Below, in pieces: positions 11,900-28,379 of a stretch of DNA of 64,000 nucleotides (positions within the stretch are counted from its first letter, which is position 1; each line of letters begins with the position of its first letter). The notes under the pieces were generated by a model. That model did no database searches. It saw only the letters and a program-made list of their open reading frames with translations, and was not told the origin of the DNA. The translations under genes and the position numbers were made by a program. The stretch is from Eledone cirrhosa (Eukaryota), in NCBI GenBank assembly GCA_964016885.1, contig CAXHJY010001514.1:124001-188000 (forward strand). Reading direction: 5' to 3'.

Positions 11900-14800
11900 A
11901 ACAACACAACAAGGTTACAGTGACTTAGACAACACAACAGTCACTGTAACTCTGTTGTGTTGTCTAAGTCACTGTAACACTGTTAGACAACACAACAGGG
12001 TTACAGTGACTTAGCAACACAACAGGGTTACAGTGACTTAGCAACACAACAGGGTTACAGTGACTTAGCAACACGACAGGGTTACAGTGACTTAGCAACA
12101 CAACAGGGTTACAGTGACGTAGACAACACAACAGGGTTACAGTGACTTAGATAACACAACAGAGTTACAGTGACTTAGACAACAGGGTTACAGTGACTTA
12201 GACAACAGAGTTACAGTGACTTAGATAACAGGGTTACAGTGACTTAGACAACAAGGTTACAGTGACTTAGACAACGGAGTTACAGTGACTTAGATAACAC
12301 AACAGAGTTACAGTGACTTAGATAACAGGGTTACAGTGACTTAGACAACAGGGTTACAGTGACTTAGACAACAAGGTTACAGTGACTTAGATAACAGGGT
12401 TACAGTGACTAAGATAACAGGGTTACAGTGACTTAGACAACACAACAGGGTTACAGTGACTTAGACAACAGAGTTACAGTGACTAAGATAACAGGGTTAC
12501 AGTGACTTAGACAACAGAGTTACAGTGACTTAGATAACAGAGTTACAGTGACTTAGACAACAGAGTTACAGTGACTTAGATAACAGGGTTACAGTGACTT
12601 AGACAACAGGGTTACAGTGACTTAGACAACAGAGTTACAGTGACTTAGATAACAGGGTTACAGTGACTTAGACAACAGGGTTACAGTGACTTAGATAACA
12701 GGGTTACAGTGACTTAGATAACAGGGTTACAGTGACTTAGATAACAAGGTTACAGTGACTTAGATAACAGAGTTACAGTGACTTAGATAACAGGGTTACA
12801 GTGACTTAGACAACAGGGTTACAGTAACTTAGACAACAGAGTTACGGTGACTTAGATAACAAGGTTACAGTGACTTAGATAACAGGGTTACAGTGACTTA
12901 GGTAACAAGGTTACAGTGACTTAGACAACAGGGTTACAGTGACTTAGATAACAGGGTTACAGTGACTTAGATAACAGGGTTACAGTGACTTAGATAACAG
13001 GGTTACAGTGACTTAGACAACAGGGTTACAGTGACTTAGATAACAGGGTTACTGTGACTTAGATAACAGGGTTACAGTGACTTAGACAACAGGGTTACAG
13101 TGACTTAGACAACAGGGTTACAGTGACTTAGACAACAGGGTTACAGTGACTTAGATAGCAAGGTTAGAGTGACTTAGACAACAGAGTTACAGTGACTTAG
13201 TCAACAGAGTTACAGTGACTTAGACAACAAGGTTACAGTGACTTAGATAACATGGTTACAGTAACTAAGATAACAGGGTTACAGTGACTTAGACAACAGA
13301 GTTACAGTGACTTAGATAACAGGGTTACAGTGACTTAGACAACAGAGTTACAGTGACTTAGACAACAGAGTTACAGTGACTTAGATAACAAGGTTACAGT
13401 GACTTAGACAACAGGGTTACAGTGACTTAGATAACAGGGTTACAGTGACTTAGACAACAGGGTTACAGTGACTTAGATAACAGGGTTACAGTGACTTAGA
13501 CAACAGGGTTACAGTGACTTAGACAACAGGGTTACAGTGACTTAGATAACAGGGTTACAGTGACTTAGATAACAGGGTTACAGTGACTTAGACAACAGGG
13601 TTACAGTGACTTAGATAACAGGGTTACAGTGACTTAGACAACAGGGTTACAGTGACTTAGATAACAGGGTTACAGTGACTTAGACAACAGGGTTACAGTG
13701 ACTTAGACAACAGGGTTACAGTGACTTAGATAACATGGTTACAGTAACTAAGATAACAGGGTTACAGTGACTTAGACAACAGAGTTACAGTGACTTAGAC
13801 AACAGGGTTACAGTGACTTAGACAACAGAGTTACAATGACTTAGATAACAGGGTTACAGTGACTTAGACAACAGAGTTACAGTGACTTAGATAACACAAC
13901 AGAGTTACAGTGTCTTAGATAACACAACAGAGTTACAGTGACTTAGATAACAGGGTTACAGTGACTTAGACAACAGAGTTACAGTGACTTAGACAACAAG
14001 GTTACAGTGACTTAGACAACAGAGTTACAGTGACTTAGATAACACAACAGAGTTACAGTGACTTAGATAACAGGGTTATAGGGACTTAGACAACAGGGTT
14101 ACAGTGACTTAGATAACAGGGCTACAGTGGCTTAGACAACAGGGTTACAGTGACTTAGACAACAGAGTTACAGTGACTTAGATAACAAGGTTACAGTGTC
14201 TTAGACAACAGAGTGACAGTGACTTAGATAATAGGGTTACAGTGACTTAGACAACAGGGTTACAGTGACTTAGACAACAGGGTTACAGTGACTTAGATAA
14301 CAGGGTTACAGTGACTTAGAGAACAGGGTTACAGTGACTTAGATAATAGGGTTACAGTGACTTAGACAACAGGGTTACAGTGACTTAGATAACAGGGTTA
14401 CAGTGACTTAGACAACAGGGTTACAGTGACTTAGATAACAGGGTTACAGTGACTTAGACAACAGAGTGACAGTGACTTAGATAATAGTGTTACAGTGACT
14501 TAGACAACAGGGTTACAGTGACTTAGATAACAGGGTTACAGTGACTTAGACAACAGAGTTACAGTGACTTAGACAACAGGGTTACAGTGACTTAAATAAC
14601 AGGGTTACAGTGACTTAGACAACAGAGTTACAGTGACTTAGATAACAAGGTTACAGTGACTTAGACAACAAGGTTACAGTGACTTAGATAACATGGTTAC
14701 AGTGACTTAGATAACAGGGTTACAGTGACTTAGAAAACAGGGTTACAGTGACTTAGACAACAGGGTTACAGTGACTTAGATAACAGGGTTACAGTGACTT

Positions 14801-16575
14801 AGACAACAGGGTTACAGTGACTTAGAAAACAGGGTTACAGTGACTTAGATAACAGGGTTACAGTGACTTAGAGAACAGGGTTACAGTGACTTAGATAACA
14901 AGGTTAGAGTGACTTAGATAACACAACAGAGTTACAGTGACTTAGACAACAGGGTTGCAGTGACTTAGACAACAGGGTTACAGTGACTTAAACAACAGGG
15001 TCACAGTGACTAAGATAACAGGGTTACAGTGACCTAGACAACAGGTTTACAGTGACTTAGACAACAGGGTTACAGTGACTTAGACAACATGGTTACAGTG
15101 ACTTGTACAACATGGTTACAGTGACTTGTACAACATGGTTACAGTGACTTATACTACATGGTTACAGTGCCTTAGACAACAGGGTTACAGTGACATAGAC
15201 AACAGGGTTACAGCGACCTAGACAACACAACAGCGTTACAGTGACTTAGACAACACAACAGGGTTACAGTGACTTAGACAACAGGGTTACAGTGACTTAG
15301 ACAACAGGGTTACAGTGACCTAGACAACACAACAGGGTTACAGTGACTTAGACAACACAACAGGGTTACAGTGACTGAGACAAGTTACAGTGACTTAAAT
15401 AACAGGGTTACAGTGACCTAGACAACACAACAGGGTTACAGTGACTTAGACAACAGGGTTACAGTGACTTAGGCAACAGGGTTACAGTGACTTAGATCAC
15501 AAGGTTATAGTGACTTAGACAACATGGTTACATTGACTTAGACAACAGGGTTACAGTGACTAAGATAACAGAGTTACAGTGACTTAGATAACAGGGTTAC
15601 AGTGACTTAGATAACAAGGTTACAGTGACTTAGATAACAGAGTTACAGTGACTTAGATAACAGAGTTACAGTGACTTAGATAACAAGGTTACAGTGACTT
15701 AGATAACAAGGTTACAGTGACTTAGATAACAAGGTTACAGTGACTTAGACAACATGGTTACAGTGACTTAGACAACAAGGTTACAGTGACTTAAACAACA
15801 AGGTTACAGTGACTTGGACAACATGGTTACAGTGACTTAGACAACAGAGTTACAGTGACTTAGATAACACAACATAGTTACAGTGGCTTAGATAACACAA
15901 CAGAGTTACAGTGACTTAGACAATAGGGTTACAGTGACTTAGACAACAAGGTTACACTGACTTAGACAACAAGGTTACAGTGACTTAGACAACAGAGTTA
16001 CAGTGACTTAGACAACAGGGTTACAGTGACTTAGATAACAGGGTTGCAGTGACTTAGACAACGGGGTTACAGTGACTTAGATAACAGGGTTGCGGTGACT
16101 TAGACAACGGGGTTACAGTGACTTAGACAACAGGGTTGCAGTGACTTGGACAACAGGGTTGCAGTGACTTAGACAACACAACAGGGTTACAGTGACTTAG
16201 ACAACAGAGTTACAGTGACTTAAATAACAGGGTTACAGTGACCTAGACAACACAACAGGGTTACAGTGACTTAGACAACACAACAGAGTTACAGTGACTT
16301 AGACAACAGGGTTACAGCGACTTAGACAACACAACAGAGTTACAGTGACTTAGACAACACAACAGGGTTACAGTGACTTAGACAACAGGGTTGCAGTGAC
16401 TTAGACAATATGGTTACAGTGACTTAGACAACACAACCGAGTTATAGTGACTTAGACAACACAAGAGTGTTACAGTGACTTAGACAACGGGGTTACAGTG
16501 ACTTAGACAATATGGTTACAGTGACTTAGACAACACAACAGAGTTACAGTGACTTAGACAACACAACAAGGTTAC
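11900..16575. repeat. 23-bp satellite (AACAGGGTTACAGTGACTTAGAY) with 28-bp variants, roughly 200 copies
   Basis: Direct reading. Confidence 0.97.
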
Positions 16576-16699
16576 CCCAGTACCCCACACACCAGTACCA
16601 CAGTTGTTTCTGTTGTTGAAATAAAATAATTGAAATATATTTCAGTTTCAACATAAATAATGAAGAAAAGATTAAAAAAAACAAATAAAATAAATTCTA

Positions 16700-16977
16700 G
16701 GGATGTAGATGTAGAGATGTAGAGGTAGATGTAGAGATATAGAGGTAGATGTAGAGGTGGATGTAGAGGTAGATGTAGAGATGTAGAGGTAAATGTAGAG
16801 GTAGATGTAGAGATGTAGAGGTAGATGTAGAGGTAGATGTAGAGATGTAGAGGTAGATGTAGAGATGCAGAGATTGAGAGGTAGATGGAGAGATGTTGAG
16901 GTAGATGTAGAGGTAGAGAGGTGGATGTAGAGGCAGAGATGTAGAGGTGTAGAGGTAGAGAGGTAGAAGTAGATGTA
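16700..16977. repeat. (GATGTAGAGGTA)n-type purine-rich simple repeat
   Basis: Direct reading. Confidence 0.9.
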
Positions 16978-17085
16978 TGTCTGTCACATCCTGGATAAAT
17001 ACCTTAAGCAGCAGCAGCAGAGATGACAGTGTGGGGGGGGGGGGGGGGTATGTATATACATGCATATACAAACACACACACATAC

Positions 17086-17119
<34 letters not shown>

Positions 17120-17142
17120 TCATCATTTAACATTTATTTTCC

Positions 17143-17227
<85 letters not shown>

Positions 17228-17505
17228 TTACATTTTACACATCTATATACACCTTACACAGTGACGAGTTGTTTAACTTCAATTTGATTTCAAAGCCAAA
17301 AAAAATAATAAAAGATTATTCTTCTTTCAATTTCCACTCCCTCAAAAAAATCAATACATTTATATATTTCTTATTGATATGTTTTTCCTGTCATTTATTT
17401 TGATAGGATTTTTTTTTATATTTTTAAGTGAGGGGTGTATATTTTTTTTTCTTTCTAGCTTTTTATTTTTTAATAATATATCTAGTTCTGGGTAGTTTTC
17501 ATCCC

Positions 17506-17548
<43 letters not shown>

Positions 17549-17756
17549 TATTCCTGTTTATTTTTCTCTTTTATTCCCACTGGCTAATATCAAACACTAT
17601 TTGTGTAATGCAAATAATATAAATTTTTTTTAATATAGATTTTCCAAATTTTGTAGAAATATTATTCCCCCCCCCCCTCCCTCCCGTTTTACATATATAT
17701 ATATGCTCTGTTCATTTTCCTGACATTTCTACATTACCCTATGTACTATACATACA

Positions 17757-19770
17757 TAATAATAATAATGAAATTATAGTGTACAGTGCTCAGGTGCACT
17801 ACAACTCGTCAAAGGTGTATGTATAGTACATAGAATAATATACAAATGTCAGGGAAGTGAACAGTGTATGAGTCATGATATACATGTGTATATGTGTATG
17901 GAGGGGGAACATTAGGTGTAGTGTTGGCGAATCTCAGGAAGCATGGAGGTTTTAAAGGATGCAGTGTCTCGACAGCTAACAACTGATGCAGGTAGTTTGT
18001 TCCATGCTTCAGCAACTCTAAGCGTGAAAAAATGTTTCCGAAAGTCATGGGAACTGTGCTGTTTTCTGACTTTGTGGGCATGACCATGTGTGTTAGACAC
18101 ATGGAAATCAAAAAGGTACTCAGGGTTGTTGTTGGCGAGATGGTTAACAATTTTGTGGGTGTTTACCAAGTCAGTTTCCAGACGTCAGAGCTTCAATGTA
18201 TCCATGCCCAGAGAAGCAAGGCGTTCAGAGTATGGTAGATGCCTGATGGAGGGTATTCGCTTGGTTGCACGTCTCTGAACAGTTTCCAGGCGGTCAATGT
18301 TCTGAGCAAGATAGGGGTTCCAGACTGGTGATGCAAATTCTAAGTGTGGCCGCACCATAGCCATGTACAGCCTTAAATAGATAGCTGGAGAGCGGCTGAC
18401 AAAGGTCTTGCTGAGTTATGCTAAGACACCCTTAGCCCTCTTGACAATTTTAGAGACGGGCTTCGTCCAACGCAAATCGCTGCTGACCGTAATGCCCAGG
18501 TCACGTTCACAAGAAGACTTCTTGATATTAGTGCTGCGGAGGGAGTATGTGGACGTTGGGTTTTTACTCCCAAAATGCATGGTGGTGCACTTGTCCACAG
18601 CTAGCTTGAGTTGCCAGTCTGAAATCCATTGTTGCATTGTGTCCAGGTCAGACTGCAAGCAAGATCTATAGTGTTCAGGATCTGTCCATTTTATCTCAAG
18701 GTACAGCTTGATGTCATCTGCGTACTTTAGTACTGTGGCATTCTTTAAGTTGGCATCTATGTCATTAATATATGCCACAAACAAAAGGAGGCCAAGAACA
18801 GATCCCTGTGGTACACCAGATGACGTCTCATATTGTGAGGAATGCTGTCCTAGAACCGTGACTACCTCTCTTCGACTGAGAATGAAGGACTTCAACCAGT
18901 TAAAAAGATCATCCTTCACACCCATTGCAGAGAGTTTTGCCATAAGCCTTTTGTGTGGCACAGAATTGAAAGCTTTCGCAAAGTCAAGGTCCACAACATC
19001 CACCCATGAGCCGCCATCAGTAATCCGGGTGATGTCTTCAAGAAACTCGATAAGTTGATCACAGCAGCTGGAGTTGGGGATAAATCAAAATTGCGAGGGC
19101 CGGATAAGACTGTGAGAGTTCCAGAAGTTCCAAAGTGTTTCTCTGACACAGGATTCCATCATTTTGACACTGCAGCTAGTAAGACTGACTGGATGATAGT
19201 TCACAGGTGATGTGCGGTCACCCTTTTTGAACAGAGGAAATACACTGGCAATTTTCCACTGTTCTGGAGTAGCACCATTGTTCAGACAGAATTGGAAGAA
19301 GCGTGATAGCGTGATAGTAGGAAGTACCCACCACGTTTAAGAAGCAGGTATGTAACACCATCAAGACCAGGAGAGGCATGGTTGCATTTATTTTTTAGGT
19401 GACGTCGCAGCATTGCAGGTGTAAATTCCATGGTTGTAATAGAGTCCGGTGTCATAGGTGGTGGAGATGGTACACTCTGGTCTTCAATGCCTGCATAGCA
19501 TTCAGCAATGAGCTCTGCGCATTGCTTGGGGTCATCAGTAACCTGGCTTGTGTGGGGATTGTGAAGAGGACCAACTGGAGAGTGAGGCCTCTGCTTTGAG
19601 TGAACATACTTCTAGAACACTTTACTGTCAGGGCTGGTTGCTATGCGCTGCTCAAATTGAAGCACTGCCTTTTTTGTCACCTGCTTGAGGTGGTTGGAGA
19701 ATTTATTTCGCCTCTTCCTATTGATGTCTGATTTGTGCAGTTTGTACTCACGTTCATCATTGCGACGTTC
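17757..19770 (-). mobile_element. CR1-clade LINE, 5'-truncated and decayed RT with 3' UTR and (ATT)n tail
   Basis: LDFAKAFNSVPHKRL..GVPQGSVLGLLLF..KYADDIKLY..ERDLGI and RKHFFTLRVAEAWNKLP, with frameshifts and stops. Confidence 0.9.
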
Positions 19771-19815
19771 TTTTGATGAGTTGTAGTGCACCTGAGCACT
19801 GTACACAATATTTTC

Positions 19816-19847
<32 letters not shown>

Positions 19848-19930
19848 CATATATGACAAGTGGAGAGATGCTGTGCTGAATAGGACCCGTCCCACCTTGC
19901 AAGCAGGGAAAAGCGGACGTAAAATGATGA

Positions 19931-19967
<37 letters not shown>

Positions 19968-20216
19968 TATATATACATATATATATATATACATATATAT
20001 ATATCATATTATATATTACCGTCCCTTTACGGTCTGAGTTCAAATCCTGCCGAGGTTAACTTTGCCTTTCATCCTTACGGGGTCGATAAAATAAAGTACC
20101 AGTAATGCACTGGGTAATTGCTGGCCTTGTGCCTAACGTAGAAACAATTATAATATAATGATATATATATATATATATATACATATATATCATATCATAT
20201 CATCTATTATATTATA

Positions 20217-20275
<59 letters not shown>

Positions 20276-20292
20276 TAGTATATTATATTATA

Positions 20293-20389
<97 letters not shown>

Positions 20390-21534
20390 TAGTATATTAT
20401 ATTATAATATAATATATATAAACAGATAATAAATTGATGCCAATACGTGGCTGTTATAAGTTTGGGATGATCAGACAAACAGAAGTTATAGAAAGAAAGG
20501 AAGAAATTGGTCTACATTTCCTTCAACTGTCATATCAGCTTCTGTCTGCTGTCACCTCCCCCACCACTGACACTTGCTGCCATCCACCACCTACACCACC
20601 ACCACCATCCTCATGTCATCAAATCCTTGTCTTGTCTCTCTTCTCACACACACAGCCTACAAACACAGTCCCATACACACACATAGCCCCCCCCCCCCCC
20701 CACACACACACACACAGCCTACACACACAGTCCCACACACACATAGCCCCCCCCCCCTCACACACACGCACACAAACACACTCTCACACACACACACAGT
20801 TCCACACATCCCCCCACACACTCTCACACATACACACACTTCCACACAGCTCCCCCCCCCCCAAACACACACATCTTCTGGGAGGGAACTTCCTAGTTAA
20901 CGAGCAATGGAGAGTAATTTGCTGGACTTGTTTAATGACATGTCATGGCCAATTTATGGAGAATTAATTTGCAATTCATTGCAGATATTTGATTTAATTT
21001 AGCACTGAAAATGAATGGCATGTCTACTTTGGTAGCAAGTTATGAGTATCTCACATAGAACTACAGCAGAGAGCCAACATCAACTATAATAATAGTGTGT
21101 ATATTTATATATTACTGAGGAAGGGGTGGTGATAAAACTATAGACCAGAGTTCTGTGTTACACCTGGGTGTGTATATGTGTAGTGAATTGGCAGCTATTA
21201 TTGTGTGTGTGTGAATATATTTATACTTGTGTGAGTGTATGTGTGTATATATTTATATACTCATACATATAAATATATATATATACACACCAAGATATTA
21301 TCTATGTTAGTTGCAGATAGTTAATCCATAAAAGTTTGTAATAAAAGAATTATTAAACTAAAAACTTGTCCCTTTTTATACCTAAAATATTACAATTAGC
21401 CGTCATTTTTGATGGCACAAGGTCAGCTAGTTTCTAGATAACTCTCCTAAACATCTTATACTAATCTCATAGTGCAGCTGTTGAGAGGTGGACAAAGTCA
21501 CAAAAGTCTGCAATATACTCTTTCTTTCTTGGCT

Positions 21535-21756
21535 CTTTCGTTGGCGGGCAGCTGAAGACCTGGGCAACAATGATCAAGGAGGACCTCTCTGAACTCTCAA
21601 GTCAGCAGGTGGTCGGCCTGCGCCAATGGAACCGTGAGTGGCTCGCTATCTCCAGTGACCTGGCTCGGGACCGTCGTGCCATGGTTCGAGATGCCGTCAG
21701 GACAATGGGAAGAAGCCGGCTCAACCCGTCCACAGTGAATGTCGACACAAGTACGC
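21535..21756 (+). mobile_element. RTE-like 3' terminal remnant
   Basis: Reads GGQLKTWATMIKEDL..RQWNREWLAISSDLARDRR, resembling RTE RT C-termini; ends in CAAGTA. Confidence 0.6.
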
Positions 21757-24700
21757 TACACTACACTACACTACACTACACTACACTACACTATACTAAA
21801 CTACATCACAATACACTGCTCTACACTACACCACACTACACCACACTACATTACACTACACTATACTACACCACACCACACCACACCACACCACACTACA
21901 CTACACTACACTACACTACACTACACTACACTACACTACATTACACTACACCACACTACACCACAATATACTACACCACACTACACTACGCTACACCATA
22001 CTACACTATGCTACACTACACTACACTACACACCACACACCACACTACACTACACCACACCACACTACACTACACCACACTACACCACACTACACCACAC
22101 TACACCACACTACACTACACCATACCACACCACACTACACTACACCCCACCACACTACACCACACCACACTACACCACACAGCACACTACACTACACACC
22201 ACACTACACTACACCACACAACACCACACTACACTACAGCACACTACACTACACCGCACTAAACCACACAACACCACACTACACCACACCACACTACACT
22301 ACACCACACTACACCACACTACACTACACTACACTACACTACAGCACACTACACCACACTACACCACACTACACTACACTATGCTACACCGCACTACACT
22401 ACACTACACTACACACCACACACCACACTACACTACACCACACCACACTACACTACACTACACCACACGACACAACACCACACCACACTACACTACACTA
22501 CACCACACTACACCACACTACACTACACCACACTACACCACACTACACCACACTACACCACACTACACTACACTACACCACACTACACCACACTAGACTA
22601 CACCACACTACACCACACTACACTACACCACACTACACCACACTACACACCACACACCACCACACTACACACCACACACCACCACACTAACTACACTACA
22701 CACCACACTACACACCACACACCACACTACATCCCACACCACACTACACTACACCACACAACACCACACTACACTACACCACACTACACTACACCACACT
22801 ACACCACACCACACTACACCACACTATGCCACACTACACACCTCACACCACACTACACTACACCACACTACACCACACACCACCACACATCACCCTACAC
22901 TACACCACACCACATCATAATACATCACACTACACACTACACTACACTACACCACACTACACTACACCACACTACACACCACAATACACTAAACAATACA
23001 CTACACTACACACCACACTACACTACACCACACCACACTACACTACACCACACGACACCACACTACAACACACTACACCACACTACACCACACTACCCAA
23101 CACTACACCACACACCACACCACACACCACACCACACCACACTACACCACACCACACCACACTACACCACACCACACTACACTACACCACACTACACCAC
23201 AGCACACTACACCGCACTAAACCACACAACACCACACTACACTACACCACACTACACTACACCACACTACACCACACTATGCCACACTACACACCTCACA
23301 CCACACTACACTACACTACACCACACTACCCACACACCACCCTACACTACACCACACCACATCATAATACATCACACTACACCACACTACACTACACTAC
23401 ACCACACTACACACCACAATACACCACACTACACACCACACCACACACTACACTACACCACACAACACTACACCATACAACACTACACCATACAACACTA
23501 CACAACACAACACCACACTACACTACACCACACTACACTACACCACACTACACCACACTACACACCACACAACACTACACTACACCACACACCACACTAC
23601 ACTACACACTACATTACACCACACAACACTACACCACACTACACCACACTACACTACACCACACTACACCACACTACACACCACACAACACTACACTACA
23701 CCACACACCACACTACACTACACACCACATCACACTACACCACACTACACCACACCACACTAAACCACACCACACCACACCACACTACACCACACCACAC
23801 TACACCACACCACACTACACCACACCACACTACACCACACCACACCACACTACACCACACCACACCACACCACACTACACCACACCACACCACACCACAC
23901 TACACCACACTACACCACACTACACTACGCCACACCACACCACACTACACCACACTACACCACACTACACTATGCCACACCACACACCACACTACACTAC
24001 ACACCACACCACACTTCACCACACCACACTGCACCACACTACACCACACTACACTATGCCACACCACACCACACTACACCACACTACACCACACTACACT
24101 ACGCCACACCACACACCACACTACACACCACACCAACTACACCACACCACACTACACCACACTACACCACACCACACTACACCACACCACACTACACCAC
24201 ACCACACTACACCACACCACACTACACCACACCACACCACACCACACTACACTACACTACACCACGCCACACTACACCACACTGCACTACACCACACTGC
24301 ACTACACCACACTGCACTACACCGCACCACACTACACTACACCACACTAAACCATAATACACTACCCCACACTACACTACACTACACTACACTACACTAC
24401 CAGCACTCCACACCACACCACAAAACACTACACCACACTTCACTACACCACACTAAACCACACTACACTACACTACACCACACTACACCACACTACACCA
24501 CACCACACTACACTACACCACATTACAACACACTACACCACACCACACCACACTACACCACACTACACCACATTACAACACACTACACCACACCACACCA
24601 CACTACACCACACTACACCACACTACAACACACTACAACACACCACACCACACTACACCACACTACACCACACTACAACACACTACAACACACCACACCA

Positions 24701-27660
24701 CACTACACCACACTATACCACACTACACCACACTACACTACACTACACACCACACACCACTACACCACACTACACTACACCACACTACACTACACTGCAC
24801 CGCACTACACTACACCACACTACACACCACAATACACCACACTACACACCACACCACACACCACACTACACCACACAACACTACACCATACAACACTACA
24901 CAACACAACACCACACTACACTACACCACACTACACTACACCACACTACACCACACTACACACCACACAACACTACACTACACCACACACCACACTACAC
25001 TACACACTACATTACACCACACAACACTACACCACACTACACCACACTACACTACACCACACTACACCACACTACACACCACACAACACTACACTACACC
25101 ACACACCACACTACACTACACACCACATCACACTACACCACACTACACCACACCACACTAAACCACACTACACTACACCACACCACACCACACTACACCA
25201 CACCACACTACACCACACCACACTACACCACACCACACCACACTACACCACACCACACTACACCACACCATACTACACCACACCACACCACACCACACTA
25301 CACCACACCACACTACACTACACCACACTACACCACACTACACTACACCACACTACACCACACTACACTACGCCACACCACACCACACTACACCACACTA
25401 CACTACGCCACACCACACACCACACTACACTACACACCACACCACACTACACCACACCACACCACACTACACCACACTACACCACACTACGCCACACCAC
25501 ACCACACTACACCACACTACACCACACTACACTACGCCACACCACACACCACACTACACACCACACCAACTACACCACACCACACTACACCACACTACAC
25601 CACACCACACTACACCACACCACACTACACCACACCACACTACACTACACCACACTAAACCACACCACACTACAACACACTACACCACACTACACCACAC
25701 CACACCACACCACACTGCACTACGCCACACCACACCACACCACACCACACCACACTGCACCACACCACACCACACCATACCATACCACACTACACTACAC
25801 TGCACTACACTACACTACACTACACTACACCACACCTCACCACACCACACTACACTACACCACACTACACCACACCACACTACACCATACCACACTACAC
25901 CATACCACACTACACTACACTACACTACACCACACCACACCACACCACACTACACTACACTACACTACACCACACTACACCACACCACACTACAACACAC
26001 TACACCACACCACACTAAACCACACTACACTACACCACACCACACCACACCACACCACACCACACCACACTACACTACACCACACCACACCACACTACAC
26101 CACACCACACCACACCACACCACACCACACCACACCACACTACACCACACCACACTACACCACACCATACCACACTACACCATACCACAGTACACTACAC
26201 TACACACACTACACCACACCACACCACACTACACCACACTACACCACACCACACCACACCACAGCACACCACACCACACCACACTACACCACACCACACT
26301 ACACCACACTATACCACACCACACTACACTACACCACACTACACTACACCACACTACACCACACCACACTACACCACACCACACTATATTACACTATACT
26401 ACCCCACACCACACCACACTACACTACACCATACCATACCACACTACACTACACCACACCGCACTACACTACACCACACTACACCACACCACACTACACC
26501 ACACTACACCACACCAAACTACACCACACTACACTACACCACACTACACTACACCACACCACACTGCACCACTCCGCACTACACTACACTACACCACACT
26601 ACACTACACTACACCACAATACACTACACTACACCACACCATACCATACCACACCACACCACACGACACTACACCACACCACACCAAACGACACTACACC
26701 ACACCACACGACACTACACCACACCACACCACACTACACCACACCACACCAAACTACACCACACTACACCACACTACACCACACCACACTACACCACACC
26801 ACACTACACCACACCACACTACACTACACTTCACCACACTACACTACACCACACCACACTACACCACACTACACCACACTACACCACACCACACTACACC
26901 ACACCACATCACACTACACCACACTACACCACATCACACTACACCACACTACACCACATCACACTACACCACACTACACCACACCACACTACACTACACC
27001 ACACCACACTACACTACACTACACCACACTACACCACACCACACTACACCACACCACATCACACTACACCACACTACACCACATCACACTACACCACACT
27101 ACACCACACTACACCACACCACACTACACCACACTACACCACACCACACTACACCACACTACACTACACTACACTACAGCACACCACACTACACTACACT
27201 ACACCACACTACACTACACTACAGCACACCACACCACACTACACCACACCACACTACACCACACTACACCACACCACACTACACCACACTACACCACGCT
27301 ACACCACACTACACCACACCACACTACACCACACTACACCACACTACACTACACTACACCACACTACACTACACTACAGCACACCACACCACACTATACC
27401 ACACCACACTACACTACAGCACACCGCACCACACCACACTACACTACACTACACCACACTACACTACAGCACACCACACCGCACCACACTACACTACACC
27501 GCACTACACCACACAACACCGCACTACACCACACTACACCGCACTACACTACACCGCACTACACCACACTACACCGCACCACACAACACTACACCGCACT
27601 ACACTACACCGCACTACACTACACCGCACTACACCGCACTACACTACACCACACCACATC
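21757..27660. repeat. (ACACT/ACACC)n pentanucleotide satellite, about 5.9 kb
   Basis: Direct reading; it explains the spurious 1650-aa His/Thr/Tyr ORF. Confidence 0.97.
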
Positions 27661-28196
27661 ACAATTCCGCTACAGCCAGACAGGTACAGCCCGCCCCCCC
27701 CCCCCCCCCCCCCTACAGCCAGAGAGGTACCAACTCCCACATCCGACCTCCATGACGATGGAATTTACTTTCAGCTAATTTCAATAGAATGCACAAAGGG
27801 AGACAACCTCTACTCGCCTTATCGTCCATCTCATCAGTAGTCTGTTGGCGTAAGTTGCTGAATTGATACCCATAGTGAGATAAATGGAGACATTTATTAC
27901 CTGCCTCATGGGAGAACTGGAATGAAATTGCTGCTACCAGCCTCTCATTAGTTTATCATTTAAGGGTGACGAATTGTTAGCTCGTACATAGTTACATTGT
28001 CCACTGAGGCAAAAGGAAAAAAATCATTACACACAAAAATGTGTATCTATGTATGTATATACACACCACATTCATTCATACATACATTCAAATAATACAT
28101 ACATATATATATTCAAATAGTGGCTACATACACATGTATATATGTATACACATATATATTGAAATAATACCTACATACACATGTATATAGACACAT

Positions 28197-28245
<49 letters not shown>

Positions 28246-28379
28246 TACATGTGTGTATATACCTTAGGATGAAATTAACTAAATTGAAATGAGCAAGAAG
28301 AGTTACATTTCATCACCTACTGCATACAAAACAGAATATGTATAAAGCTAGTTTGCAGCTGCATAGTTGCACATATGCA

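Noticed and set aside
11900-16575. CRISPR-like array (also considered for the 33- and 34-bp arrays)
   Set aside because: Head-to-tail units with no unique spacers, no cas genes and a eukaryotic context
22826-27778. 1650-aa His/Thr/Tyr ORF and neighbouring ORFs
   Set aside because: Stop-free frame of a pentamer satellite with no domain content
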